Shown: positions 9,345-19,352, counted from the stretch's first letter. The stretch: 64,000 nt of DNA from Candidatus Obscuribacteraceae bacterium (GCA_044229845.1 JBGASG010000002.1:384001-448000); one strand, 5' to 3'. A program made the numbers and translations. Notes: generated by a model from the letters alone, not told the origin.

Positions 9345-10840
9345 TTCGTACCTGCTCCTTTCTGTTTCCTTGCGCCACCATAAGTGACACCGAGTTCGTT
9401 GTTCGCGCCGCTATTTACGCCGGCGATGCGCGGCTTGAATAGCGGTAGACGCTCTTGATCGCTCGATAATTTCTCCTGCGCGCGAGTCAGTGCAAATTCC
9501 ACCTGATCTTTCGAACTGCCACCAAATGAACAGAACGATGCCACGGAATTTTCCATGGTGACAACTTGATAGATATCGTTTTCGAAGGCCGGCGAAAATT
9601 GCTGCCACTCGCTGAGAGACAGGTCCGAGAGGTACTTGCCACGCGCCTTGCAGTAATTAGTAAGCGCTTCCACGATTTTGTCGGACTTGTCCTCTGGTAT
9701 GTCCCGTGATACCAGATAATTTTTGGCATTGGCCGCATTCAACATGTCGGCGCAGGCCATTTCGCGCATGCGATTAGCATCGATCTCGATATTGGGGATC
9801 AAGACCGACGCCAGATCGAGTAACTGGCGCAGGATTTCGGCGCTCTGGAAAAGACCCGGCAGCGACTCTTGCAAATCCTGGCTGTATCCCAGTGGTATCG
9901 CCTTCAGTTGCGTCAGGTGTTCCATCAGCCGGCCGAACAAAGTGGAAGGCCGGGCGCGCAAAACTTCCAATAACTCCGGATTGCGCTTGCTGGGCATGGC
10001 TTGCGAGTCGAAAACGAATCGCTTGGGCAGCTTGACGAAACCAAATTCCTGGGTAGCCCAGAGCAAAAGCTCGGAACTCATTTGTGAGAGATGCACCCCA
10101 ATCAGCGAAGCCACCGCGCTGAACTCAATGACGAAGTCGCGGTCGGAGACAGCATCGACGCTGTTTTCGATGACATCGTCGAAGCCCAGCTCTTGTGCCA
10201 CCATAGCCCGGTCAATCGGCTCGGGGGTGCCGGCCAGGACGCAGGCACCGAGGGGCAATACATTTAAACGCCGGTAAAATTCGCTGAGGCGTTCGAAGTC
10301 GCGGCGAAATCTGGCTTCGTTGGCCAGCCACCAGTGGGACAGCAAGATGGGCAGCGCCGGCTGCATATGTGTATATCCCGGCATGACAACATCGAGGTCG
10401 CGCGTCGCCAGTTCGATCAACTGAGTGCGAATCTGCAACAGTGCCTGGAATACTTCAAAAACGGCATCGCGCAGCCAGAGCCTGACATCGGTAGCGTCCT
10501 GGTCGTTTGTTGATTTAGCTATGCGCAAAACGGCCGCCATCTCGCCGACGATTTCGTTCAGCCGCCGCTCCAGTCCTTCGTGAATATCGGCATCATCGGG
10601 ACTGATGAAATTGACGCCGTCGGCGAGTTCTCTGCCGATCTGCTCAAGCGCCCCGACAACCTGTTCGGCGTTGCCGGGGTCGACGATTCCCGTCTTGCCG
10701 AGCATGCGGACGTGCGCCATTGAAGATGCCACATCGTAGTGCAGGAGCGTACGTTCAAGGAGCGGATGCTGCCAGAAGCGGCGAACCTGGTTGAATTCTC
10801 TGGAGACTTTGTCGTTGGTCGTAGGATTGAAATCCGGCAT
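9341..10840 (-). CDS. argH: Argininosuccinate lyase-like protein with divergent active site
   Basis: DIH, STNDQ, MPGYTHMQ, NSVDAVSDRDF show the ArgH fold; the signature loop reads DSQAMPSKRNP instead of GSSxMPxKxNP. Confidence 0.8.
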   Translation of the reverse strand: MPDFNPTTNDKVSREFNQVRRFWQHPLLERTLLHYDVASSMAHVRMLGKTGIVDPGNAEQVVGALEQIGRELADGVNFISPDDADIHEGLERRLNEIVGEMAAVLRIAKSTNDQDATDVRLWLRDAVFEVFQALLQIRTQLIELATRDLDVVMPGYTHMQPALPILLSHWWLANEARFRRDFERLSEFYRRLNVLPLGACVLAGTPEPIDRAMVAQELGFDDVIENSVDAVSDRDFVIEFSAVASLIGVHLSQMSSELLLWATQEFGFVKLPKRFVFDSQAMPSKRNPELLEVLRARPSTLFGRLMEHLTQLKAIPLGYSQDLQESLPGLFQSAEILRQLLDLASVLIPNIEIDANRMREMACADMLNAANAKNYLVSRDIPEDKSDKIVEALTNYCKARGKYLSDLSLSEWQQFSPAFENDIYQVVTMENSVASFCSFGGSSKDQVEFALTRAQEKLSSDQERLPLFKPRIAGVNSGANNELGVTYGGARKQKGAGTK

Positions 10841-10920
10841 GACATGCGCTCTGCGCCTTGTTTAAGACGATCCGATCTTACCGCGCGCGCGCCGTCCTGT
10901 AATTGCGTCGAAATAACCAA

Positions 10921-10944
10921 CAAAAAACCGGCATCTCTGCCGGT
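10921..10944 (-). terminator. Intrinsic terminator after the 35-aa ORF
   Basis: Minus strand ACCGGCA-gaga-TGCCGGT-TTTTTG. Confidence 0.75.
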
Positions 10945-10996
10945 CTCTCTTCTTTAGCTAGTTTCGATAATTTCGTTCGATTTGTCTTGATTTGCG

Positions 10997-11104
10997 CTAC
11001 GCAGCTTTTTTCTTGAGCAATTTTTTGATTTTCTCGACTTGCTTCATGTAGCGGGACATTTCTTGCTGATATCTCTTCTGCACTTCTTTCTCTTGTGTGG
11101 ACAT
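10997..11104 (-). CDS. Small basic protein, 35 aa (absent from ORF track)
   Basis: Manual translation MSTQEKEVQKRYQQEMSRYMKQVEKIKKLLKKKAA*; purine-rich leader and downstream terminator. Confidence 0.6.
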   Translation of the reverse strand: MSTQEKEVQKRYQQEMSRYMKQVEKIKKLLKKKAA

Positions 11105-11396
11105 ACTCTTTCTTCCATCCGTTCTAGATTCTTGCTTTCCTCTTCTCGCGCAGTGTCTCTTAATTGGAGTCTCCGAGTTCAGGCGGTTTTGGTTTTTGAC
11201 TTACCGCACAGCATAGCGCGCTTTGGAAAGCAGCTATACACTCAATATAAACTGTCTTTAAGTAACATGCAACACATGACAGGCTTCGGATATAGATCCG
11301 TTTTCGCCGAAACACTGACAGCGTCTGAATATCTTGTACCCAATTTGCGAGGTTTCCAGACTCATGGTCTCTGAACTTAAGACGTAGTTTTCCGCT

Positions 11397-12689
11397 TTAA
11401 GTTGCAGCCCCGGCGCCTTCGCGGCCAACCCCTTCACTTTCGCCGGAATCAGGCACCGGCGACCCATGCACGCCTCCGCCCCGGGGGACGTTGGGAAGCA
11501 AAAACGAAAGCGCGAAAGCCAAAATCATCACCGCCGCCCCCAGGTAATAGGGGGTCTGCAGCCCTACATGCAGGAAAAACCAGCCGCCGGCAATCGGTCC
11601 AAGAATCCGTCCCAGTGTGGAAAGCGACTGCCCGACACCGAGGGCACCACCGACCCTGGCTGGATCGGCTTGCTTGGAGAGAATGCTCTGATTGGAAGGC
11701 GTGGTGATGCCGGTGCCCGCCGCCAGGAACGCCAGGGCACCATAGAGCATCGGCACGCTGGTCGACAGTCCGATCAGCAAAAGACCGACGGCGGTCAGCA
11801 GCGATCCCGTTGCCACGAGCGCCTTTTCAGGCACTTTCTTATTGAGGCGGCCGATCAGACCGCCCTGGATAAAGACCATCAAAAGTCCGATGTAGGTGAA
11901 CATCAGGCTGTTTTCGGTGATGCCGAATTTGAAAACGCGTTCGCTGAAAAGCACAAGCGTTGCTTCCATGTTGGCAAAGGCGAAGGTGGAGATAAAAAAC
12001 AGGGACAGCGCCACGCGCAGCCGCGGATCGGCGAGTGTCTTGAAATAAAAGGCCGGATCGGACACGAAACGCTCATGTCCAGCCTGGCTGCGGTTTGGCG
12101 GCTCAGGCAGTTTGGCGGCCGCCAGCAAAAGCGCCATGCCGCTGAAGGCTGCCGCCACATAGCCGATGTAATTATGAGCGCCCAGATAACTGCACAGCCC
12201 GCCGACAGCGGGTCCCAGAACAAAACCCAGTCCGAAGGCAGCGCCCACAAGTCCCATGCCTTTCGCCCGGTTTTCGATGGTTGTCACATCGGAGATGTAA
12301 GCCTGAGCGACGGCGATATTGCCGTTGCCGGCGCCCGCTACCAGCCTCGACAGGAACAGCAGCGGTAGTGAGTGCGCGAAGCCCCAGATCAAGTAGCCGA
12401 TCGTGGAAGCGGTGAGGCTGATGAGCAGCACCGGACGGCGCCCTAATTTATCGGAAAGCCGTCCCCAGTAAGGGGTGAAGATGAACTGCATGAGCGAATA
12501 GGACGCCACCAGCCATGAAATAGTCACGGCGTCGGCTCCAAATTGCTCGGCAACGGTGGGCAACACCGGAATGATGATGCCGAAGCCGATCAAGTCGATG
12601 AAGACGACAAGAAATATCAGCAGCAGCGGCAATTTCGAGCTTTTGGCGGGCGGTTGAGAATTCTCTTGAGATGGTGATGGTCCGGTCAT
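11397..12689 (-). CDS. MFS transporter, TetA/DHA1 type
   Basis: Motif A GRLSDKLGRRPVLL, AYISDVT, GAAFGLGFVLGP; about 12 TM segments. Confidence 0.95.
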   Translation of the reverse strand: MTGPSPSQENSQPPAKSSKLPLLLIFLVVFIDLIGFGIIIPVLPTVAEQFGADAVTISWLVASYSLMQFIFTPYWGRLSDKLGRRPVLLISLTASTIGYLIWGFAHSLPLLFLSRLVAGAGNGNIAVAQAYISDVTTIENRAKGMGLVGAAFGLGFVLGPAVGGLCSYLGAHNYIGYVAAAFSGMALLLAAAKLPEPPNRSQAGHERFVSDPAFYFKTLADPRLRVALSLFFISTFAFANMEATLVLFSERVFKFGITENSLMFTYIGLLMVFIQGGLIGRLNKKVPEKALVATGSLLTAVGLLLIGLSTSVPMLYGALAFLAAGTGITTPSNQSILSKQADPARVGGALGVGQSLSTLGRILGPIAGGWFFLHVGLQTPYYLGAAVMILAFALSFLLPNVPRGGGVHGSPVPDSGESEGVGREGAGAAT

Positions 12690-12950
12690 AGTTTCTTACA
12701 GGATGTTATTGCCGTCGGCAGTCCGCTTTTCGTTGCAGCCGAAGACTCGGTCCATGGGCTGAAAACGGCTTCAGGCGGCGCACCAGCACCTTAGAGTAGC
12801 GCACGAGAGACATTGCTGCCTTAACAATCTGGAGGGGTGGAGCGGCTGATACAGTGCGCGTTAGAGATAGATTCTCCTTTAAGCTGGGTAGGTTAAGAAC
12901 GGGCACTAGTTTGCCTCGTGGCGCTGATTTAACCAAGACTTTTCCTGTCA

Positions 12951-14816
12951 ATGAAACTTTGCCTGGTCTGTAACTTTCAATTCGGTGACGAGCAGGACCT
13001 GTGTCCCAAGGACATGTCCAAGCTCGTGCCTTTGGGCAAAGATCCACTGCTCGGCAAACTGATTCAAGAACGCTATCGCGTCGAATCTGTAATCGCCAAA
13101 GGCTCGATGGGCATTGTTTACAAGGCGACGCAGGAGTTGATCGGTCGCGAAGTCGCCGTCAAAGTTTTGCATGGCTATCTGGTCGCCGATGATGAGTCGA
13201 TGAAGCGCTTCCACAAAGAAGCAAAAGCCGCCAGCCGTCTCAACCATCCCAACATCATGACGCTCTACGATTTCGGTGTGCTGCCTTCTGGACAGCCGTA
13301 CATCGTCATGGATTTGCTGAAAGGCAAGAGTCTCGCCGATATCCTCTCTGAACGGCGCAATCTGCCGGTCGACGAAGTGCTGCCCATCTTCCAGCAAGTT
13401 TTCCAGGCCATTGGTGCGGCGCACAAAATCGGTGTGGTGCACCGCGACATGAAGCCCGACAACATTGTCGTCGAGCAGTCGCGCAATAAGGTGCCGCTGG
13501 TCAAACTCGTCGATTTCGGCATCGCTACTTTCATTCAAGAGCAAGAAGACACGCTCGGCAAAATCACCAAAGCCGGCACCGTATGTGGTAGCCCCACCTA
13601 CATGAGCCCCGAACAGTGCGACGACAACAAGGTCGACGGCCGCAGCGACTTATACTCACTGGGCATCGTTCTGTACGAAACTTTGACCGGTCGTGTGCCT
13701 TTCGACGGCGCCGACATTTACAACGTCATGTCGATGCACGTCAAAGACGCACCACCCAGTCTCAAGGCTGTCCGCCCCGATCTGAACTTCCCGCCGCAAC
13801 TGGAGCAGGTCGTCGACCGCGCGCTGCAAAAAGATCCCGGCAAGCGTTTTCAGACAGCCTCCGATTTCTGGGAATCTCTCTCGAACGCCTGCACCAACGG
13901 GCGCCCGCGTTCGACGGCCACACCGCAGCCGGCGACCACCTCACTGACGCCGACCCCGGCTGCCGCAGCCGGCGTCGGAGCAGGCGGTGGCGGCGGCAGC
14001 CCCCTGTCCAGCAATCCGCTCGGCATGGGCGCGCCGATCAGCAATCCGATGGCGACATCATCGGCACCGACGACCGACATTCAACGGCCGGCGCCGCGCG
14101 AGCCGGAAGCACCATCCCCGGTGCGCGGGCACTCCGGGCACACGCCGGAGCCGCTCACCAAAGGGTCCGATGAAGGAGATGTGCAATCGCTGGTCGACCG
14201 CGCCTTGATCAGCAAATTGCATGCCGCCGGCATGACACCGGTTTCCGGACTGCAACCGGCTCCCGAGCCGCCCAGTTCCGCCGCTATCATCAACCAGATT
14301 GTCGACGAAGACGCCATGCGCAAGAAGATGCATGCGTCCACACTGATTATCAACAAACCGCTGACGCGCAAGAAGAAGAAACGCGGCGTCGATCCGATCA
14401 TCCGCTGGGTCGGCTTCATGCAGCAGCTGATGCCAATGGGTCTGACGATTATTCTTTCCGCATCGCTGCTCTGGGTAGTCGCCAACGAGGCTTATTTGCA
14501 TGCGGTCCTGGACCGCAAGGTGAAAGCCATGTTGGGAGCGCAGAAAGACAAGACCGATGTCGACGCACTGTTGCGTGCCAACAAACTCGATCAAGCCCGC
14601 AAAACCCTGGAGAAACGCAAGCGCGCCGGCACTCTCACTGGCGAAGATCAAGAGAGTCTGAACGACGTATACTTCCTTTTGGCTCGCCGCGAGGCAAAGA
14701 GTCGGCGCTACAAAGCCGCTCTTAACTGGCTGAATCAAATCAGCGACGACGAAAGACAAGACGATGAGACACAGCTGCTGATCAAAAAATATCGCAGACT
14801 GTCCGGACTCAAATAA
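12951..14816 (+). CDS. Ser/Thr protein kinase with Cys-containing N-terminus and C-terminal TM
   Basis: MKLCLVC...CPKD, VAVK, HRDMKPDN, DFG, GSPTYMSPE; Pro-rich linker, TM, helical tail. Confidence 0.95.
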   Translation: MKLCLVCNFQFGDEQDLCPKDMSKLVPLGKDPLLGKLIQERYRVESVIAKGSMGIVYKATQELIGREVAVKVLHGYLVADDESMKRFHKEAKAASRLNHPNIMTLYDFGVLPSGQPYIVMDLLKGKSLADILSERRNLPVDEVLPIFQQVFQAIGAAHKIGVVHRDMKPDNIVVEQSRNKVPLVKLVDFGIATFIQEQEDTLGKITKAGTVCGSPTYMSPEQCDDNKVDGRSDLYSLGIVLYETLTGRVPFDGADIYNVMSMHVKDAPPSLKAVRPDLNFPPQLEQVVDRALQKDPGKRFQTASDFWESLSNACTNGRPRSTATPQPATTSLTPTPAAAAGVGAGGGGGSPLSSNPLGMGAPISNPMATSSAPTTDIQRPAPREPEAPSPVRGHSGHTPEPLTKGSDEGDVQSLVDRALISKLHAAGMTPVSGLQPAPEPPSSAAIINQIVDEDAMRKKMHASTLIINKPLTRKKKKRGVDPIIRWVGFMQQLMPMGLTIILSASLLWVVANEAYLHAVLDRKVKAMLGAQKDKTDVDALLRANKLDQARKTLEKRKRAGTLTGEDQESLNDVYFLLARREAKSRRYKAALNWLNQISDDERQDDETQLLIKKYRRLSGLK

Positions 14817-14846
14817 CCGGATGAGCAGCCGGAAACCGGACTGAAA

Positions 14847-16154
14847 ATGCAGCAAACAATCCTCGAAATCATCGTCATCCTGGGACTCTTTTTAGCTAAC
14901 GCTGTGCTTGCGGCCGCTGAAATGTCCATTGTGTCGGCGCGCAAGGCTCGCCTCCATCAATGGGCCGATAACGGCGACGCCAACGCCAAGATTGCGCTCG
15001 ACCTGGCTAATTCCCCCGACGAACTGGTGTCTACGGTCACCTTCGGCATCACGCTGATCGGCATTCTCACAGGCGCCTTCGGTGGTGCCACCCTGGCTGA
15101 CGCGCTGGAGACATACTTAGAGACGATTCCCGCCATCAAGAACTATGCCGAGATTCTCAGCATTCTGTGCGTGGTGCCCCCCGTCACTTATCTGTCTGTG
15201 ATCATCGGCGAACTGGTGCCCAAGCGACTGGCGCTCAGCAATCCAGAACGTGTCGCCTGCGTGATGGCGCCTTTCATGCGCCTGGCCGCCAATCTATTCC
15301 GTCCGGCGGTGCGCTTACTTTCTGCCAGCTCGGGAGTGGTGCTGCGCATCATGGGTGTCAGCGAGCAGAAGGAACCGATGATTACCGACGCCGAGATTCA
15401 AGTTCTCGTCGAGCAGGGGACGCAAGCGGGCATCTTCGAAGAGGCTGAGCAGGAAATGGTCGAGGGCGTGCTGACGCTCGCCGATAAAACCGTGCGCGCG
15501 CTGATGACGCCGCGTCTGGGAGTTGCCTGGCTGGACAAGAAGAGCACGCAAGAACAGATTCTGGAGTGCCTCAACGAAAACAATCACAGCTACATTCCAG
15601 TTGCCGATGAAAACCTGGATAACGTGCTGGGCATCGCGCAAACCCGCCGGCTGTTTCTCGCCATGGCAGCCGGGCAGAAGATTCAGCTCACCGAATTTAT
15701 CGAGCAACCCCTGTTTCTTCCCGAAAGCACCACCGCCCTCGACATCCTCGATATGTTCCGGCAAACGCGCGTCCACGTTGCCTTCGTGATCAATGAATAC
15801 GGCGGCTTCGAAGGCATGGTCACCATCAACGACGTGCTCGAATCAATCGTCGGCGAAGTCGCCATCGGACCCGACGCCAAGGCGCAAGTCGAACAACACT
15901 CGGACGGCTCCTGGATCGTCAACGGCGATGCACATATAGATGATGTAAAAGACGTGCTCGAAGTGAAGGAATTACCGGGTGAAAACCTGAACGCCTACCG
16001 CACCCTGGCTGGTTTCCTGCTTTATCAGTGGCAGCGCATTCCCGCCAAAGGCGAAGCACTCTCCTGGGAGCACTGGGACTTCGAAGTGCTCTCGATGGAC
16101 GGTTATCGCATCGACTCGGTGCGCGTGCGCGCCAAAAACCGCGCCGCATCCTGA
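14847..16154 (+). CDS. Hemolysin/CNNM family protein (DUF21-CBS-CorC)
   Basis: AEMSIVSAR, IGELVPKRLAL, CBS pair (MTPR; NEYGGFEGMVT), C-terminal CorC domain (YRTLAGF). Confidence 0.95.
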   Translation: MQQTILEIIVILGLFLANAVLAAAEMSIVSARKARLHQWADNGDANAKIALDLANSPDELVSTVTFGITLIGILTGAFGGATLADALETYLETIPAIKNYAEILSILCVVPPVTYLSVIIGELVPKRLALSNPERVACVMAPFMRLAANLFRPAVRLLSASSGVVLRIMGVSEQKEPMITDAEIQVLVEQGTQAGIFEEAEQEMVEGVLTLADKTVRALMTPRLGVAWLDKKSTQEQILECLNENNHSYIPVADENLDNVLGIAQTRRLFLAMAAGQKIQLTEFIEQPLFLPESTTALDILDMFRQTRVHVAFVINEYGGFEGMVTINDVLESIVGEVAIGPDAKAQVEQHSDGSWIVNGDAHIDDVKDVLEVKELPGENLNAYRTLAGFLLYQWQRIPAKGEALSWEHWDFEVLSMDGYRIDSVRVRAKNRAAS

Positions 16155-16169
16155 GCACGCTAGCCCGTT

Positions 16170-16201
16170 TTCAATCCGACTTCAATCCGACTTCAATCCG
16201 T
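16170..16201. repeat. 11-bp tandem repeat
   Basis: TTCAATCCGAC twice plus a partial third copy, between convergent stop codons. Confidence 0.85.
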
Positions 16202-17181
16202 CAGGACGCAGCTTCCACGAAGGCGCCCAACTTGCGGAATTTGGTCTGGCGATCCTTCATAAGATCCGCCGGGGATTTCGCAGACAATTCGCGGATGTGT
16301 TTGAGCAGTGCTTCCTTGACCGTCAGCGCCACCGCGTCATAGTCGTGATGAGCACCGCCGAGCGGTTCCTTCACCACTTCGTCGACGACGCCGATTTTGG
16401 CAATCTGGCGAGCGGTGATTTTCATCGCCTCGGCAGCCTCGGCGATCTTGTCGCCGGAGCGCCATAGAATAGATGCGCAACCTTCCGGCGAGATCACCGA
16501 ATAAACCGAGTGCTCGAGCATCAAGATGCGATTGGCCACGCCGATGGCCAGCGCGCCTCCGGAGCCTCCCTCGCCTGTGACAATCGAGATCACCGGCACG
16601 GTCAGTCCGGAAAGTTCAAGCAAGTTGACGGCGATTGCCTCGGCCTGGTTGTGTTCTTCGGCCGCCATGCCCGGGTAGGCGCCCGGTGTGTCAATCAGGG
16701 TGACAATCGGCAGGTGGAATTTTTCGGCGTGCTTGAAGACACGCAGCGCCTTGCGATAGCCTTCAGGCTGGGGCATGCCGAAATTGCACAGCTGCTTATC
16801 CCGCAGGCTGCGACCTTTCTGCGTGCCGACGGCGACGACGCGCGCACCATCCATGGTGAGCAGCCCGCAGACCATAGCCGGATCGTCGGCACCTTTGCGG
16901 TCGCCGTGCAGTTCGATCCAGTTTGGATCCCAGCGCTCGAAATAATCGCGGGTATAGGGGCGCTGCGGATGCCGCGCCAGAGCCAGGTGGTCGATGGGGC
17001 GCAGGTTGGCGTAAAGCGAGCGCTTCAAATGATCGTACTGGTCCTGAAGCAAGTCGAGGTCTTTGCCGAGTTCGGGATTGTGAGTTTCGGCAACCTGCTT
17101 TTCCAGAGCCTCGATTTGCTGCGCCAATAAGAGGAGCGGTTGCTCGAATTCCAGAGGCACATTCTTCTTATCGGCAGGCAT
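16201..17181 (-). CDS. accA: Acetyl-CoA carboxylase carboxyltransferase alpha
   Basis: LEFEQP, ARHPQRP, ELHGDR, NFGMPQPEGYRKA, IDTPGAYPG, GEGGSGGAL. Confidence 0.98.
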   Translation of the reverse strand: MPADKKNVPLEFEQPLLLLAQQIEALEKQVAETHNPELGKDLDLLQDQYDHLKRSLYANLRPIDHLALARHPQRPYTRDYFERWDPNWIELHGDRKGADDPAMVCGLLTMDGARVVAVGTQKGRSLRDKQLCNFGMPQPEGYRKALRVFKHAEKFHLPIVTLIDTPGAYPGMAAEEHNQAEAIAVNLLELSGLTVPVISIVTGEGGSGGALAIGVANRILMLEHSVYSVISPEGCASILWRSGDKIAEAAEAMKITARQIAKIGVVDEVVKEPLGGAHHDYDAVALTVKEALLKHIRELSAKSPADLMKDRQTKFRKLGAFVEAAS

Positions 17182-17208
17182 CGACCGGCGTCTTCCTTTG
17201 CAATGGGT

Positions 17209-18129
17209 TCAGCGACTGAGGGCATGTTCGGGTCGCGACGATGAAGACGAATCGTCCGCACCGCGAGCACCGTGAAAAGCTACAACCTGCGTGAGCACGT
17301 CACGCATTTTTCCGCGTTCTACAACCATGTCGACCTGCCCGTGCTTGAGCAGGTACTCCGCGGTCTGGAAATCGGTCGGCAACTTCTGCCGAATGGTTTG
17401 CTCGATAACGCGGCGTCCGGCAAAGCCGATGCGCGCGCCCGGCTCAGCCAGGATGATGTCGCCCAGCATCGCAAAGCTGGCCGTGACACCCCCGAACGTG
17501 GGCTCGCTGAGGATCGATATAAATAGACCGCCGGCATCGGCGAAGAGCTTCAGAGCTGCACTGGTTTTAGCCAGCTGCATGAGGCTGAGGATGCCTTCTT
17601 GCATGCGGGCACCACCGGATGACGAGACGATGATCAAAGGCAGCTTTTCTTTGAGCGCATATTCAATGATTCGCACCAGCTTTTCGCCGACCACAGATCC
17701 CATGGAGCCACCGAAGTGCCCGAAGTCCATGAGCCCGGCGGCTACTTCATAGCCGTTTATTTTGAACGTACCAGTGAGAACCGCTTCCTTGAGACCCGAC
17801 TTTCTGGTGGCTTCAGCCTGACGCTTGACGTAGCCTTCGGTGTCCACGAATTCAAGGGGGTCTGCGGAAGTCAGGTCGGCATCGCGCTCAACCCATGTGT
17901 CCGGATCGGCCAGTTGCTCGATGCGCTGCTCGGCACCGATGCGAAAGTGATACTGGCATTTGGGGCAGACGTGCAGGGCCACACGCAGGTCGCGAGTGTA
18001 GAGCAGCTCGCGGCATTGGAAGCACTGCGTCCAGAGCGCGCAGTATTCTTCCGTAGTCAGCGGTTGCTTGACCGCCTCCGCAGTCTCACGTCGTTTCTGT
18101 CTCTTCTCGAACCAGTCTTTGAGATCCAT
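17209..18129 (-). CDS. accD: Acetyl-CoA carboxylase carboxyltransferase beta
   Basis: Zn finger CFQC...CPKC, GGSMGSVVGEK, SGGARMQEG, GFAGRRVIEQTI; start MDLKDW at 18129. Confidence 0.98.
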   Translation of the reverse strand: MDLKDWFEKRQKRRETAEAVKQPLTTEEYCALWTQCFQCRELLYTRDLRVALHVCPKCQYHFRIGAEQRIEQLADPDTWVERDADLTSADPLEFVDTEGYVKRQAEATRKSGLKEAVLTGTFKINGYEVAAGLMDFGHFGGSMGSVVGEKLVRIIEYALKEKLPLIIVSSSGGARMQEGILSLMQLAKTSAALKLFADAGGLFISILSEPTFGGVTASFAMLGDIILAEPGARIGFAGRRVIEQTIRQKLPTDFQTAEYLLKHGQVDMVVERGKMRDVLTQVVAFHGARGADDSSSSSRPEHALSR

Positions 18130-18342
18130 TGCATTACTTTTTCGAAGTTGAATCAGCAGCCAACTTTGCTGCCGTTCGCCGAAGCGCGCATCCATGCGCC
18201 TCTTCAATAGGCTGGAATTATATCACCGCCCATCTTTAGCACTTAGAATAATATCCAGCATCGGGGCTTTTCGTTAGGATTAGTGACCGCCTTGCAACCA
18301 GCCGGCGCCAGTAGATGAGAATAGCTTAAGAGTCGAGAACAC

Positions 18343-19179
18343 ATGCGCATTCCGCGCTTCTTCCTTTTCCCCGGCGACCTGGACCGCGCCGGGACACTGC
18401 GCAATCACTCGCCATTGGAGATCGGCGAGCGGTCCCAGGTGGATCAGATTCGCAATGTCTTGCGCCTTCGAACCGGTGCGCAGATAGATGTGCTGGATAT
18501 GCAAGCCAACATCTATCGGTGCGAAATCGTTGAGCTGTCTCCAAATATGGTGCGCACCAGAGTGGTCGAGATCGCCACCGCCGAAGGTGACCCGCCGGTT
18601 GATTTGATCGTCGGCATGTCGATGATCAAGGGTGACCGTTTCGAGACGGCGCTGCAAAAACTGACGGAGATCGGCGTGCGGTGTGTGGTGCCGCTGATCA
18701 CGGAACGGACAGTGGTGCGCGGCGATGACACCACCGGAGATGCCAAGCGAGATAGTGCAGGGAGCAAGAAGCTGCAGCGCTGGCAAGCGATTGCTCGCGA
18801 AGCGGCCGAACAAAGTGAGCGCGCCTCCATACCGCAAATTTTGCCGCCGGTAAAGCTGCCGGCTTTTCTGTCTGACTTCACCACTGGTGGCAAATTAGAT
18901 ATAGCATTTATATGCACGGAGCGCCTACAAGCCGGACTGTTGCGTGACAAAGTGCATAGTCCGGCGGCTGCAGATAAAAATTCCAAAACCAGCGATCAGA
19001 TGCAGAAACGGATGCAGATCGGATTGCTGATCGGCCCCGAAGGTGGCTGGTCGGAGCAGGAAGTGGTATCAGCGGAAGAACGAGGCTGGCAGCCGGTTTC
19101 CTTAGGTCGACGCATTCTCAGAGCTGAGACGGCGGCCATAATTTCTGCTGCGCAAATTATCTGTACATTTGAGAGTTGA
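18343..19179 (+). CDS. rsmE: 16S rRNA m3U1498 methyltransferase
   Basis: VLRL, KLTEIGV, EAAEQSER, IGPEGG, LGRRILRAETA. Confidence 0.96.
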   Translation: MRIPRFFLFPGDLDRAGTLRNHSPLEIGERSQVDQIRNVLRLRTGAQIDVLDMQANIYRCEIVELSPNMVRTRVVEIATAEGDPPVDLIVGMSMIKGDRFETALQKLTEIGVRCVVPLITERTVVRGDDTTGDAKRDSAGSKKLQRWQAIAREAAEQSERASIPQILPPVKLPAFLSDFTTGGKLDIAFICTERLQAGLLRDKVHSPAAADKNSKTSDQMQKRMQIGLLIGPEGGWSEQEVVSAEERGWQPVSLGRRILRAETAAIISAAQIICTFES

Positions 19180-19204
19180 TTGGCGGTACAATATTGCCCG
19201 CGAA

Positions 19205-19352
19205 GTGCTTGTGAGGTATCCACCGCTCAGCGAGTTACTGCTCGGCAAAGCCGTGCGCAGAATGCGTAGAGCAGGGCGTAATCGCCCGTGGTGCCAGCAA
19301 GGAATCAGGGAACTGAACAGTTGCCACCACGGACGGGGTTGATACCAAATAC
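19205..19352. ncRNA. Candidate structured non-coding RNA, family not recognised
   Basis: Nested complementary helices filling the rsmE-yggS gap (see findings); strand uncertain. Confidence 0.4.

Noticed and set aside
19181..19203. GGCGGT...GCCCGCGA resembling part of an FMN riboswitch
   Set aside because: The other conserved FMN blocks are absent and the downstream gene is unrelated.
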